Shown: one piece after another, positions 51,078-60,387 of the stretch
Layout: each line of letters begins with the position of its first letter
Numbering within the stretch: position 1 is the first letter of the stretch
Assembly: GCA_045613285.1 (NCBI GenBank)
Contig: JAZLAQ010000017.1
Coordinates: 8,264-72,263 of the forward strand
Origin: Alphaproteobacteria bacterium
Lineage (GTDB): Bacteria > Pseudomonadota > Alphaproteobacteria > CAAHEQ01 > UBA3637
Length of the DNA: 64,000 bases
Reading direction: 5' to 3'
Notes under the pieces: model-generated
The model's input: the letters and a program-made list of their open reading frames with translations, nothing else
The model's database searches: none
What the model was told of the DNA's origin: nothing
Program-made: the position numbers and the translations under genes

Positions 51078-52517
51078 ATGGTAAAAAACTGTGATGCAAA
51101 GTGGGATGCGCACCAATTTTCTGCACCAATACGTTTATGGTTGCGAAATCGTGTATTTTATAGTATAATGGAACTCCCTCGTGTGAATGGAAAAAGAAGA
51201 TATCATCGAATTTCTTTACATACGACCAATTATTATGAAGCCAGAGAGAAGTTACATTACATGGGAATCACATTTGATCAAAAAATTGCCGATAAAATCA
51301 GATTAAAATTGGCTGCAAAGCCTTTTTGGTCACAAAAGGAACTAAATAAAATTCGTGATGAAGCCATTGAAGAGTATAATACAGAGTACGCAGCTGCTAA
51401 CCCTGAGGCCTCCTTATTAAAGCAAAGTGAAAAAGTCACATCTGTACCCCAAAATTATATTGATAGCCTTATGTCAGCTCTTCTTCCTAAACCACAACAA
51501 GCACCACAGTATACTATCCAAGAAATTTTTGATGCTATGCTCTTAAAAAGCAATAATAAAAAGGCTTCCAAAGATCGTAAAAAGAATATGATTATCAAAA
51601 TGTTAGAGGAAGTTGGTTTATCATTGAAGGACAATTATACGAAATTTCACAATATCAAAATCATTGATCGGATCAGTGAAAATGTGTTGAATATTAAGGA
51701 CTTGAAAAACGGTGGTAAAAAAACACGGTTGGCTTATATCAGAGAGTTAGTCAGTTGTGCCTGTTCTATGGAACCAGATATTTACTCAATGAAAGTCATT
51801 GCCAATCTACCCAAGGTAAGAAAAGACAGTTCGAAGGCAGTAAAGAGCCATAAACAATATTCAAGTGAGCAATTATTAAATATTTTTGATCCAAAACATG
51901 ATTTTTTCAAAAATAATCCGGACTGCTTTTGGATTTGCATGGTTTCCTTATTTACAGGGTCGAGAGCCAATGCAGCCATCACCCTTCAATACGATGATAT
52001 TATAAACGAAGATGGGATTGATTGTATTTACTTTCAATCGAATCATAAGGCAAAGCAATTAAAAAATCAGGCTTCGGAACGAAAGGTCCCTATTCATCAT
52101 CAATTATTGAATTTGGGCTTTTTAGACTATGTCAGACGTAAAAAATCCAAACTAAAAGCATCAGGAACGGACTTTATCTTTGAAGGGGCAGTACATAAAA
52201 AAAGTCAGGCATATGACAATAATTACATCTCACGGCACATTAGTCCCTTTTTAAAAGGGGTTGGTGTCAAAAGTAACGCCCATGACGGATATGATTTCCA
52301 TTCATTTAGACAAACCGTCAGCCATATGTTGCAGGATACAGGACTTCCCAATTCATATATCAATGATATCATCGGATGGGAAGGCAAAGGTACGATGGAA
52401 GAATCCTATTCTAAGCACACATTGGATCAGATTAAAAAGAAACTGGACAGTTTCGAATATGACTTTTTAAAACCTCATTTTGCTGAGTGGAAGAAAATTA
52501 TGGCTGAAAAACCCTAA
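51078..52517 (+). CDS. Tyrosine-type site-specific recombinase (phage integrase family)
   Basis: C-terminal catalytic pattern: GSRANAAITL (Arg), HSFRQTVSHML (H-x-x-R), GW...MEESYSKH (Tyr). Adjacent to a tRNA. Confidence 0.85.
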   Translation: MVKNCDAKWDAHQFSAPIRLWLRNRVFYSIMELPRVNGKRRYHRISLHTTNYYEAREKLHYMGITFDQKIADKIRLKLAAKPFWSQKELNKIRDEAIEEYNTEYAAANPEASLLKQSEKVTSVPQNYIDSLMSALLPKPQQAPQYTIQEIFDAMLLKSNNKKASKDRKKNMIIKMLEEVGLSLKDNYTKFHNIKIIDRISENVLNIKDLKNGGKKTRLAYIRELVSCACSMEPDIYSMKVIANLPKVRKDSSKAVKSHKQYSSEQLLNIFDPKHDFFKNNPDCFWICMVSLFTGSRANAAITLQYDDIINEDGIDCIYFQSNHKAKQLKNQASERKVPIHHQLLNLGFLDYVRRKKSKLKASGTDFIFEGAVHKKSQAYDNNYISRHISPFLKGVGVKSNAHDGYDFHSFRQTVSHMLQDTGLPNSYINDIIGWEGKGTMEESYSKHTLDQIKKKLDSFEYDFLKPHFAEWKKIMAEKP

Positions 52518-53086
52518 ACATGACGTTTCACTCTTCTTTTTCCGATTTTAACAGTATCTTTTAAATGTTCGATTTTATCAAGTCGGATGTTTGATGGATT
52601 TACCGTTTTTGCACATCTAGTTGCTGGGGCATTATTTGATTTTTTTCGCTGTTTGGGTCTATGCCTTATTAAAAGTAAAATAGCAGCTAAATGATCTGTG
52701 CTTAACTTTCTTACGTCTTTAATGGATAAAGGGCACACCATACCATTTTTCTTTATTTCACTTTTTAAGTGACTTAATCTTCCCAATTCATCATTCCGAA
52801 AATCAAATTCAGTTATAATCTGATCGATTTCGGAAATATTTTTTATCAACAATCGAATCCAGGATAAAAGGGTTGTATCTGGGATACCAATATCCTTCCT
52901 TGTCTCTCGGCTACTATGGCCTTTTAAGTAGTGTTTGATTGCCCGTTTTTTATCTTTCAGTAGGTGGCCATTCCATATCTCTTGGGTATAGGTACACCCG
53001 CAATCATAACACTTAAAACGTTGTTTTCCTCTACTATTTTTGCCATTTTTAATATAGTAGATCGAACCACAACTTGGACATTGCAT
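52514..53086 (-). CDS. IS1 InsA-like zinc-ribbon/HTH protein with no DDE domain
   Basis: MQCPSCGS...NGKNSRGKQRFKCYDCGCTY resembles the InsA zinc ribbon. An HTH-like segment follows (RETRKDIGIPDTTLLSWIR). GGAGG RBS before the ATG at 53086. Confidence 0.5.
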   Translation of the reverse strand: MQCPSCGSIYYIKNGKNSRGKQRFKCYDCGCTYTQEIWNGHLLKDKKRAIKHYLKGHSSRETRKDIGIPDTTLLSWIRLLIKNISEIDQIITEFDFRNDELGRLSHLKSEIKKNGMVCPLSIKDVRKLSTDHLAAILLLIRHRPKQRKKSNNAPATRCAKTVNPSNIRLDKIEHLKDTVKIGKRRVKRHV

Positions 53087-53385
53087 AATTGCCTCCATTT
53101 TTTATTAAAATTTTAGCACGTTTTTTTCATAAAATCAATCTTTATTACGCATAATAGGCAAAAAAACAGGGTAAAAATTAAAATTTTTTTACAAATAATC
53201 AATGACTTATAAAAAACTTTATTTTTTTAGGTCATTTTTTTAGCAAAAAAACATTCTAGGTAGGGAAGGCGCCACAAAAGTGTCTTTACCAGCCGAAAAA
53301 AATTTAACGATTTTTGAAAGTTGGTTAGCGGATGAGGACATTCCTCATCTTAACGTCAATGACATTATAGTGAAAGGTAACCAAA

Positions 53386-54513
53386 ATGTCAAGAAAAATT
53401 AAAGAAGCAAAATCCCGCTTTGAAATGCAAGGGTATACAAATCTTTTTGCGTCAGGATCAATCGACTTGACGTATATTGAACAAGAATTAAATTTGATAC
53501 CGACGGTCAGTTGTGAACTTGTTCCGATCCGTGCACGTTGGACACGCGAGGTTATTGGCCACCCACAAGAAACGGAAGTTGTTTGTGGTGACATCTCGGA
53601 CAAAGCCACATTTGAAAAGCTTGTCAAACTACACTTGGCTAAGGGAAATGTGGGCGTGAAAGCCTCTCCCGTTTGCCGTGATTTCACGCTTGCAAATACC
53701 AAGCGTGATCCCAATAGTAAGAGAGCAAACCTATACAAGTACGTGTTGGAATTTGTTCGTCGCACAAGTCCTGTTTGGGTAGTCATCGAAAATTCCGATC
53801 AAATGATGAAAATCAAGGTCGGTGGCAAAATCGTCGGCATGAAAATTGTCGATGCATTAAAAGCCATGGGGTATTATGTGGATTATGGCGTGCAAGATTG
53901 TGCAGGCTTTAATACTCCATAACATCGCAGACGCACAATTATTATTGCGCATAAGTATAAATAATGTTATTTGCCAAAACCTGGTAACAAGCTCATCACT
54001 TTGCGTGATGCAATTGGACACTTGCCTGTCCTTGAATGTGGGCAAAAGTCCAATATTAAGTGGCACGATGCATCCATGTTTACATGGACAGCATCGCAAA
54101 TTGCGATTATGGCACATACCCCAAGTGGGAAATCGGCTCATGATAATCCGTATCCTTGGTTACCATTAACCGCAGCTGGATTGCCGAGTAAGGCGCGCTT
54201 TAAGTGTTCATTCCAACGCAAAGATCCAGATGATGCCAGTAACACTCTGTTGCAAGATAGCAAAAGCATCTCTGGCTTCAGAAACTGCCATTATGGCAAT
54301 TTTATCGGGTATGATTCAACAGGTCTTCGTCTGTTTGACAGCTGTAGGCCCCTGTCCGTTTTGGAGATTTACATCGTAACAGGTATCGATCCTGATGAAA
54401 ATGGTGACCTGCCAATCCCGGCATGGGCGAGTGACAACCTCATTCGTCAAATGATCGGCGGGTGTTGGGCACCGCGTCATTGTCTTGAGGTTATGCGTAG
54501 TGTAGCTAGATAA
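53386..54513 (+). pseudogene. DNA (cytosine-5) methyltransferase interrupted by two in-frame TAA stops
   Basis: ORFs 53386-53922 and 53971-54513 share one frame. Motifs present are LFASGS (I), SPVCRDF (IV, catalytic Cys) and IENSD (VI). FNTP-TAA-HRRRTIII shows the stop sitting where the Gln of P-Q-x-R-x-R (VIII) is expected. A second TAA lies at 53962-53964. Confidence 0.75.
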
Positions 54514-54801
54514 TCTTCTGACAAGCTTGAAAGGAAGGGTTGGTTTATCCGGCCCTTTCTTTTTATTTGGAACTGCTTTGGATAGGGTCGGTGTTACGTA
54601 AAAAAATTTAAAACAAAAAATTCGTGAAGCTGTCCGTTTTTAATTTACGTTGTTCTATGTATTAACAACTGCGATGTATCTGACTTAATTGCGTTATGTT
54701 AAGGTTGGAAAGGAGGGTTTTATTGCATAGATGGCGATAGGATTCTCTTCGGTTTCCTTTTGTTCATCTTATTACTGAAAATTATTGATAAAGGAAACAA
54801 T

Positions 54802-55506
54802 ATGTATCAAATAAAATCCGAAAATATAAAAAATAATGTATCCGAGTTCACTAAGCTGGAAGCCCTGATACAATTAAATAAAAACATCGAAAACGGTCAT
54901 TTGATCCGTCAATCCATGAAATACCATCATGCAAACGTTTGTGATTGGGTAGTATCAAGAAGAAAAAAAGTATCGGACATACGCTTACCCATATCATCTT
55001 TTAAAGACCTGTTTATGGGTTTAAAAAGTGAATCGGTCATACAAGTCTTAATTAAATGGATTGAAGAAATCTATCACCCGACTGCATTTTTAACGATTCA
55101 ATTACCAGACAAATTAAAAACCGAACGCAAAGATAAATCCTTGGATAAATTACGTCTGATTATGGCGTATTTTGAAAGGCAACTCTTAGGACGTGAATGG
55201 CATAAGCATCACCTACCTTTTATCTGCTTTATGGAAGAAGGAATTTCCGGTTGCTGTCATTTTCATGTCCTATTTAATCAAGGTAAGTTTAGGCCCTGGC
55301 ATTTGTACTTAGCCTTGGATAATACAATCCGTCATTTTGATTGGCCTGATTATTCAATGCGCTTGGATATCATGAATGCCGATAAAAAGAAGGCTATTGG
55401 GTATTGTTTAAAGGAAGTAAAGGTGAATGCATATGGACATTTTAACAGCAATAGGTTTGTTTTTTCTAGCGAGTTGTTTGGACTTAATCATTCGACTGCT
55501 ATGTGA
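54802..55506 (+). CDS. HUH-superfamily rolling-circle replication initiator-like protein (inovirus Gp2 / gene II type)
   Basis: Motif order is AFLTIQLP (I-like), CCHFHVLFN (HUH), then AIGYCLKEVK (Y-x-x-K). Start at MYQIKS has an AAGGAAA RBS. Confidence 0.5.
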   Translation: MYQIKSENIKNNVSEFTKLEALIQLNKNIENGHLIRQSMKYHHANVCDWVVSRRKKVSDIRLPISSFKDLFMGLKSESVIQVLIKWIEEIYHPTAFLTIQLPDKLKTERKDKSLDKLRLIMAYFERQLLGREWHKHHLPFICFMEEGISGCCHFHVLFNQGKFRPWHLYLALDNTIRHFDWPDYSMRLDIMNADKKKAIGYCLKEVKVNAYGHFNSNRFVFSSELFGLNHSTAM

Positions 55507-55779
55507 TAAAAATAAATAAAAAAGGAGGAAGCTGAAGGACTGATCATCTTTCAGCTTTTTTTGTTTTTAAAGCCCAGGGCTGTGAAAAAATCCCTAAAAC
55601 ACAGCTTAAAGTAGTGATGGACGCCATTTACCCAATTATGTTTTGGTATTTTTTAAAAGTTTACGGATAAAACGCAAAATAAAGCCCATAAAATGAGTCC
55701 TGAATCACAAATTAAGGGTCTGACTTATATCCGTATACCAAAAGAAAAAGGCTGTCCAAACGCGATTAAAACGATTTTT

Positions 55780-56697
55780 TTATTTTACCAACTTTTTTAC
55801 GTCATCCATTTGATTTTTTTCAAAGAGGGCGTAACCGGATTGGGTAAAGGTACTGGGTTTAATTTTGCCCTCACTCATCCAATAACGGATACTGGATACA
55901 GGTACATTACATAATTTTGCGAACTTTGAAATAGTCAGCATATCCTTTGTTGGTTCTTTGGTATTTACGTCCAACAAATCAATCATCATTTTTAAAGATC
56001 TGTTCAAAGCGGTCAGCATGAATTTATAATATGCTTCATTTTCACCCTTGGTCTGATATGTTTCAAGGGCGGTTAAATACCTGCGTCTATCAATGGATCT
56101 GATAATAATAGGACCATATCCGTTTTCAAGCAAAATTGCGTTCATAAGAAGTCTTGCAGTCCTTCCATTACCATCAACAAAGGGGTGAATGGTGACTAAA
56201 CGATAATGGGCTTCCAACGCTTTAATCAAAATATCATCTGTTTTTTGTACTAACCAAGCACCAAAGTCCTTCATTAAATCAGGAACTTTTAATGGATTAG
56301 GTAAAACAGTTTGTGATCCGGATATACGAACGCGAACAGAACGGTAGAATCCTGCATTTGTACTGTCTATGCCGGATAAAATTATTTTATGGATCTGTAA
56401 TACAAAATCCTCATCAATTTTGGTCTTATTTTTACCTGCCTCTAAAATAAATTCAAAAGCCTTGGCGTGATTAATTGCTTCCATATAATCTTTAACAGGC
56501 TTTGATCCAGACGTTATTTGCTCATCAATGGCCAGTTCTGTTTCGCGACGGGTTAAGGTATTGCCTTCAATCGCATTGGAAGTATAAGCAAGTTCTGTTT
56601 TAAGCCAAGCATCCAACACCTTTTGATTGTCTTTATTTTTCAAAAGTTGGTTCAATTTGACTTTGTTATCTGCAATTTTTTGTTTGATTTCTTGCAT
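55780..56697 (-). CDS. Fic-family protein (class II type with N-terminal inhibitory helix) and a C-terminal HTH
   Basis: Fic core HPFVDGNGRTARLLMN. The upstream TSNAIEGN fits the (S/T)xxxE(G/N) inhibitory motif. The C-terminal LTISKFAKLCNVPVSSIRYWMSEGKI resembles a MerR/excisionase-type HTH. Confidence 0.85.
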   Translation of the reverse strand: MQEIKQKIADNKVKLNQLLKNKDNQKVLDAWLKTELAYTSNAIEGNTLTRRETELAIDEQITSGSKPVKDYMEAINHAKAFEFILEAGKNKTKIDEDFVLQIHKIILSGIDSTNAGFYRSVRVRISGSQTVLPNPLKVPDLMKDFGAWLVQKTDDILIKALEAHYRLVTIHPFVDGNGRTARLLMNAILLENGYGPIIIRSIDRRRYLTALETYQTKGENEAYYKFMLTALNRSLKMMIDLLDVNTKEPTKDMLTISKFAKLCNVPVSSIRYWMSEGKIKPSTFTQSGYALFEKNQMDDVKKLVK

Positions 56698-56800
56698 AGT
56701 GACTCCTTACTTTATGGTTATCATTTTCTATAACTATAAACCATATTTTTTTAAAAGTCAAGCAAAAACTTTAACCTTTTGTGTTTTTTTAAGTATAAAG

Positions 56801-57145
56801 TCAATATTCGTCTGACAAGAGGATTGTCATAACCCTATGTGTATGAGCAGGATTACTTGGATCAGGGCTTAGATAGGTATCATCGTTATTATAATAGTCT
56901 ATCTTAAAAAATATTGTATCACCATTATAGTCAAACGAGCCAAAATCATGTTCACCGTACACGTCATTACTATCGTTAAAATCATTAAAATTTTTAACAC
57001 GTTCCAATATATCACATAATTCTTTTGGGCTCTTGCTTCTGATCCCTTTGCTTAACAATACTGTTCCACCGCTGAATGTTTGTCTCAACTGATCGTTCAA
57101 ATTGCGTATCTTTGCTATTCGTTCTTTTTCTTCTTTATTCGACAT
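56801..57145 (-). CDS. DUF3768-family protein
   Basis: ...VYGEHDFGSFDYNGDTIFFKIDYYNNDDTYLSPDPSNPAHTHRVMTILLSDEY matches my recollection of the DUF3768 conserved core. Start set at MSNKEEK. Confidence 0.6.
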   Translation of the reverse strand: MSNKEEKERIAKIRNLNDQLRQTFSGGTVLLSKGIRSKSPKELCDILERVKNFNDFNDSNDVYGEHDFGSFDYNGDTIFFKIDYYNNDDTYLSPDPSNPAHTHRVMTILLSDEY

Positions 57146-57341
57146 TAAACCACTCCACACATGTTGCTAACAAATGATTATAATCACCACTTGTGGCTTC
57201 TTTGGTAAATTCATTGATTTCAGATTCTGGTAAACGGACTCGTTTCATAGCGGTTCTGCATCTGCCCAAGATACTAAATGCATTACCGTCGAGCCCGATT
57301 AACTGAATAATTATATCCGGATATTTTGGATTATTGTTCAT
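57135..57341 (-). CDS. Hypothetical small protein (68 aa)
   Basis: The ORF overlaps the DUF3768 start by 11 nt, giving an operon-like arrangement. Confidence 0.45.
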   Translation of the reverse strand: MNNNPKYPDIIIQLIGLDGNAFSILGRCRTAMKRVRLPESEINEFTKEATSGDYNHLLATCVEWFNVE

Positions 57342-57367
57342 ACTTTTCCTTATATCAAACCATCAAC

Positions 57368-57682
57368 TTAATATTTAGAACTACCCAATTTGAATATGGA
57401 TAAAGCGCTTGATCTTTGTATTGAAATAAATTTTTTGAATTGTCTTAACGCATTAAGGTATGACTCATGGCTCCGTTTTCCAATGCACCATTGTTCACCA
57501 GATCTACCATACCGTTCTAAAACAGTGTTAATATTATCAGCCAATTGTTGTTCGGTCATACCTTCAATTAAACATATTCTGTTCACTCTCCAGACGTAAT
57601 CCAAGGCACTTGACGGATTTGAATTGGCAGAATATTCTTTAAAACCATGGGCAACTAAATATTTACAAAAATTTTCAAACAT
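57368..57682 (-). CDS. Hypothetical protein (104 aa)
   Basis: AGGAG RBS upstream (rc of ctcctttcg). Same strand and operon as the neighbouring small genes. Confidence 0.5.
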   Translation of the reverse strand: MFENFCKYLVAHGFKEYSANSNPSSALDYVWRVNRICLIEGMTEQQLADNINTVLERYGRSGEQWCIGKRSHESYLNALRQFKKFISIQRSSALSIFKLGSSKY

Positions 57683-57697
57683 AAAAACTCCTTTCGA

Positions 57698-57829
57698 TTA
57701 GCCAACTGATACAATATCTGTTACAACTGCACAGCCACGTTCTGCTTCTTTATGACACGCTTCAATCGCATCATGAAGGGACCAATAAATGGTCGGCAAT
57801 AATACATCATTTACTTTAATTTGATACAT
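57698..57829 (-). CDS. Possible 43-aa ORF (MYQIKVNDVLLPTIYWSLHDAIEACHKEAERGCAVVTDIVSVG)
   Basis: Not in the supplied track because it is under 60 aa. AGGAAA RBS 6 nt before the ATG. First gene of the minus-strand small-gene operon. Confidence 0.3.
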   Translation of the reverse strand: MYQIKVNDVLLPTIYWSLHDAIEACHKEAERGCAVVTDIVSVG

Positions 57830-58042
57830 AATATTTTCCTTTCATTTCCATATGTTATTTTATGTTCAACAGGCATATTATGCCGTGTTTTAACGGGAAA
57901 GTACGCAAAAAAATGCAAAAAACTCAAAAAAAGTGCATTTTTGCTAGCAATCTGTTAGTAAAATCAGTAAAAAATAATACGAAAGTCTTGATTTTTACTA
58001 TAGTATTCTGTATAATTGTCCAAAAAGAGGAATAAATTAACG

Positions 58043-60385
58043 ATGTCGTACCAACAATTATCAGAAGAAGATACAAAACGGATTGATATTACCCCTGCTA
58101 TTGTTGGGCATGGGTGGGATAACCGGAACCAAATTCGTCAAGAGTTTAGTTTTACAAAGGGTCGTATAATGGTTAGGGGAAAAGAGGTTAAACGTGGAGA
58201 ACCTAAACGAGCCGATTATGTTTTGTTTTACAAACCCAATTTACCTTTAGCGATTGTTGAAGCAAAAAATTCATATAAATCTGTGAGCGCAGGTATTCAA
58301 CAAGGTATCGATTATGCACAAACTCTCAATATCCCTTTTGTTTACAGTTCAAATGGAAAAGGATTTTATGAACACGATTTATTGACTGGCGCTGAACGTG
58401 AAATCGATTTAAATAGCTTTCCAACTCCAACCGAATTATGGAGGCGTTATAAAAAAGCAAAAGATATAACCGATGAACAAGAGGATAAAATATTTGCTCC
58501 ATACTATGATGATGGATCAGGACGTACACCTCGGTATTATCAGAGAATTGCTATAAATCGAACCATTGAAGCTATTGCAAAAGGACAAAATCGCATATTA
58601 CTTGTGATGGCAACAGGTACGGGAAAAACTTATACAGCATTTCAAATTATCTGGAGGTTATGGAAATCAAAGCAGAAAAAACGTATTTTATTTTTAGCCG
58701 ATCGTAATATTTTAGTTGATCAAACCAAAAATCAGGATTTTGCCCCATTTGGTAAAGCAATGACTAAAATCACGAACAGAACTATTGATAAGTCATATGA
58801 AATTTATCTTTCATTGTATCAGGCAGTAACCGGAACTGATGAAGAAAAGAATATATACAAACAATTTTCTCCTGATTTTTTTGATTTGATAGTCGTTGAT
58901 GAATGTCATCGAGGTTCTGCAGCAGAAGACTCTGCTTGGCATGATATTTTAACTTATTTTAGCTCGGCTACTCAAATTGGCATGACAGCAACACCTAAAG
59001 AAGAAACTAATATTTCCACATCAACATATTTTGGTGATCCTCTTTACACATACTCACTTAAACAAGGTATTGAAGATGGCTTTTTAGCTCCATATAAGGT
59101 GTTAAAAATAGGCCTAAATCGTGATTTAATGGGATGGAGACCAGAACTAGGAAAGCTCGATAAATACGGCAATGAGATTGAGGACAAACAATATACTCAA
59201 CCAGATTTTGACCGTACATTAGTTCTCGAAAAACGTACCAAAGAAGTTGCAAAACGAGTTATGCAATTTCAAAGAGAGAATGATCCATATGCTAAGACGA
59301 TTGTATTTTGCGAGAATATAGACCACGCTGACAGAATGAGAGCTGCTTTATGTCAAGAAGCACAAGAGTTTGTTAAAGAAAATCCTAAATACATTATGAA
59401 AATTACTGGTGATGATGCTTTAGGCAAAGCAGAACTTGATAATTTTATTGATTTAGATAGTCGTTATCCTGTTATAGCAGTTACATCTCGGTTAATGTCA
59501 ACTGGTGTAGATGCCAAAACTTGTAAATTGATTGTGCTTGACCGTACTGTTGGCTCTATGACTGAGTTTAAGCAAATTATCGGTCGTGGTACACGTGTGA
59601 ACGAAGAATACGGCAAATATTACTTTACGATTATGGACTTCCGGAATGCAACAAAACAATTTGCAAATCCAGAGTTTGATGGCTACCCAACGGAAGTTAA
59701 ATTAGAGCTTGGTGCCAATGTTGATGAACAAGATGCCGATGAAGGCGATATTGATGATATTGAGTTCGAAGAAGGTATTGAAGATACTTATGATTGGGAT
59801 GAAGCAGAGCCAATAGAAGAACATAAAGTCAAAAAATATTATGTTGATGATGTAGAGGTTGAAGTCGTTGATGTTAATGTCCAATACCTTGATGAAAACG
59901 GCAAACTAATTGCAGAAAATATCAAGTCATTTTGCAGAAATTTTATGCTTAAACGCTTTCCAGAAGAAAAAGATTTTATTGGTATATGGCAATCAGCATC
60001 AAATAAAACCAAGTTATTGACTGGTTTGAGTGATACAGGCTTGTTTTTAGATGAATTGCGCCGTGAATATGGTCGGGAATATGATGTGTACGATGTTATT
60101 TTGAAAAATACCTATGACATAGAGCCACTAACCAGAGAGCAAAGAGCGCAGAAAGCGAACAAAATACTTGAACAGCTTGAAGGCGATTGTAAAAATATAT
60201 TCGTTGATGTGATGGCAAAATATGTTGAGGTTGGTATTTCAGCCCTTGAAAACCGTAATACTTTCCGTATAGAGCCATTTACTTCACAATATGGGACAGG
60301 TGTTGAAATTGTAAGAAAAATTGGCGGTAATGAAAAATATATCGAAATTACCGAAAAATTGAAGAATGCTATTTATGGAGAGTAA
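58043..60385 (+). CDS. hsdR: Type I restriction enzyme R subunit (HsdR)
   Basis: N-terminal nuclease motif (SEEDTKRIDITPAI..., ADYVLF...AIVEAKNS = D...ExK), helicase motifs MATGTGKT and VVDECHRGS, and QIIGRGTR motif VI. Start at the ATG at 58043 has an AAGAGGA RBS. Confidence 0.93.
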   Translation: MSYQQLSEEDTKRIDITPAIVGHGWDNRNQIRQEFSFTKGRIMVRGKEVKRGEPKRADYVLFYKPNLPLAIVEAKNSYKSVSAGIQQGIDYAQTLNIPFVYSSNGKGFYEHDLLTGAEREIDLNSFPTPTELWRRYKKAKDITDEQEDKIFAPYYDDGSGRTPRYYQRIAINRTIEAIAKGQNRILLVMATGTGKTYTAFQIIWRLWKSKQKKRILFLADRNILVDQTKNQDFAPFGKAMTKITNRTIDKSYEIYLSLYQAVTGTDEEKNIYKQFSPDFFDLIVVDECHRGSAAEDSAWHDILTYFSSATQIGMTATPKEETNISTSTYFGDPLYTYSLKQGIEDGFLAPYKVLKIGLNRDLMGWRPELGKLDKYGNEIEDKQYTQPDFDRTLVLEKRTKEVAKRVMQFQRENDPYAKTIVFCENIDHADRMRAALCQEAQEFVKENPKYIMKITGDDALGKAELDNFIDLDSRYPVIAVTSRLMSTGVDAKTCKLIVLDRTVGSMTEFKQIIGRGTRVNEEYGKYYFTIMDFRNATKQFANPEFDGYPTEVKLELGANVDEQDADEGDIDDIEFEEGIEDTYDWDEAEPIEEHKVKKYYVDDVEVEVVDVNVQYLDENGKLIAENIKSFCRNFMLKRFPEEKDFIGIWQSASNKTKLLTGLSDTGLFLDELRREYGREYDVYDVILKNTYDIEPLTREQRAQKANKILEQLEGDCKNIFVDVMAKYVEVGISALENRNTFRIEPFTSQYGTGVEIVRKIGGNEKYIEITEKLKNAIYGE

Positions 60386-60387
60386 AA

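Noticed and set aside
53920-53964. Stop-codon reassignment or programmed readthrough to explain the in-frame TAAs in the methyltransferase
   Set aside because: TAA is used as the terminator of many clearly intact genes in this window (e.g. rplK, rpoB, rpoC), so a pseudogene is the simpler reading.
53325-54169. ORFs 53325-53786 (minus), 53857-54141 (minus) and 53876-54169 (plus) in the dcm region
   Set aside because: They are antisense or out of frame relative to a frame carrying ordered C5-methyltransferase motifs, so they are by-products of that pseudogene.
55693-55914. Plus-strand 73-aa ORF overlapping the 3' end of the Fic gene
   Set aside because: It overlaps the conserved Fic C-terminal HTH coding region on the opposite strand and has no RBS.
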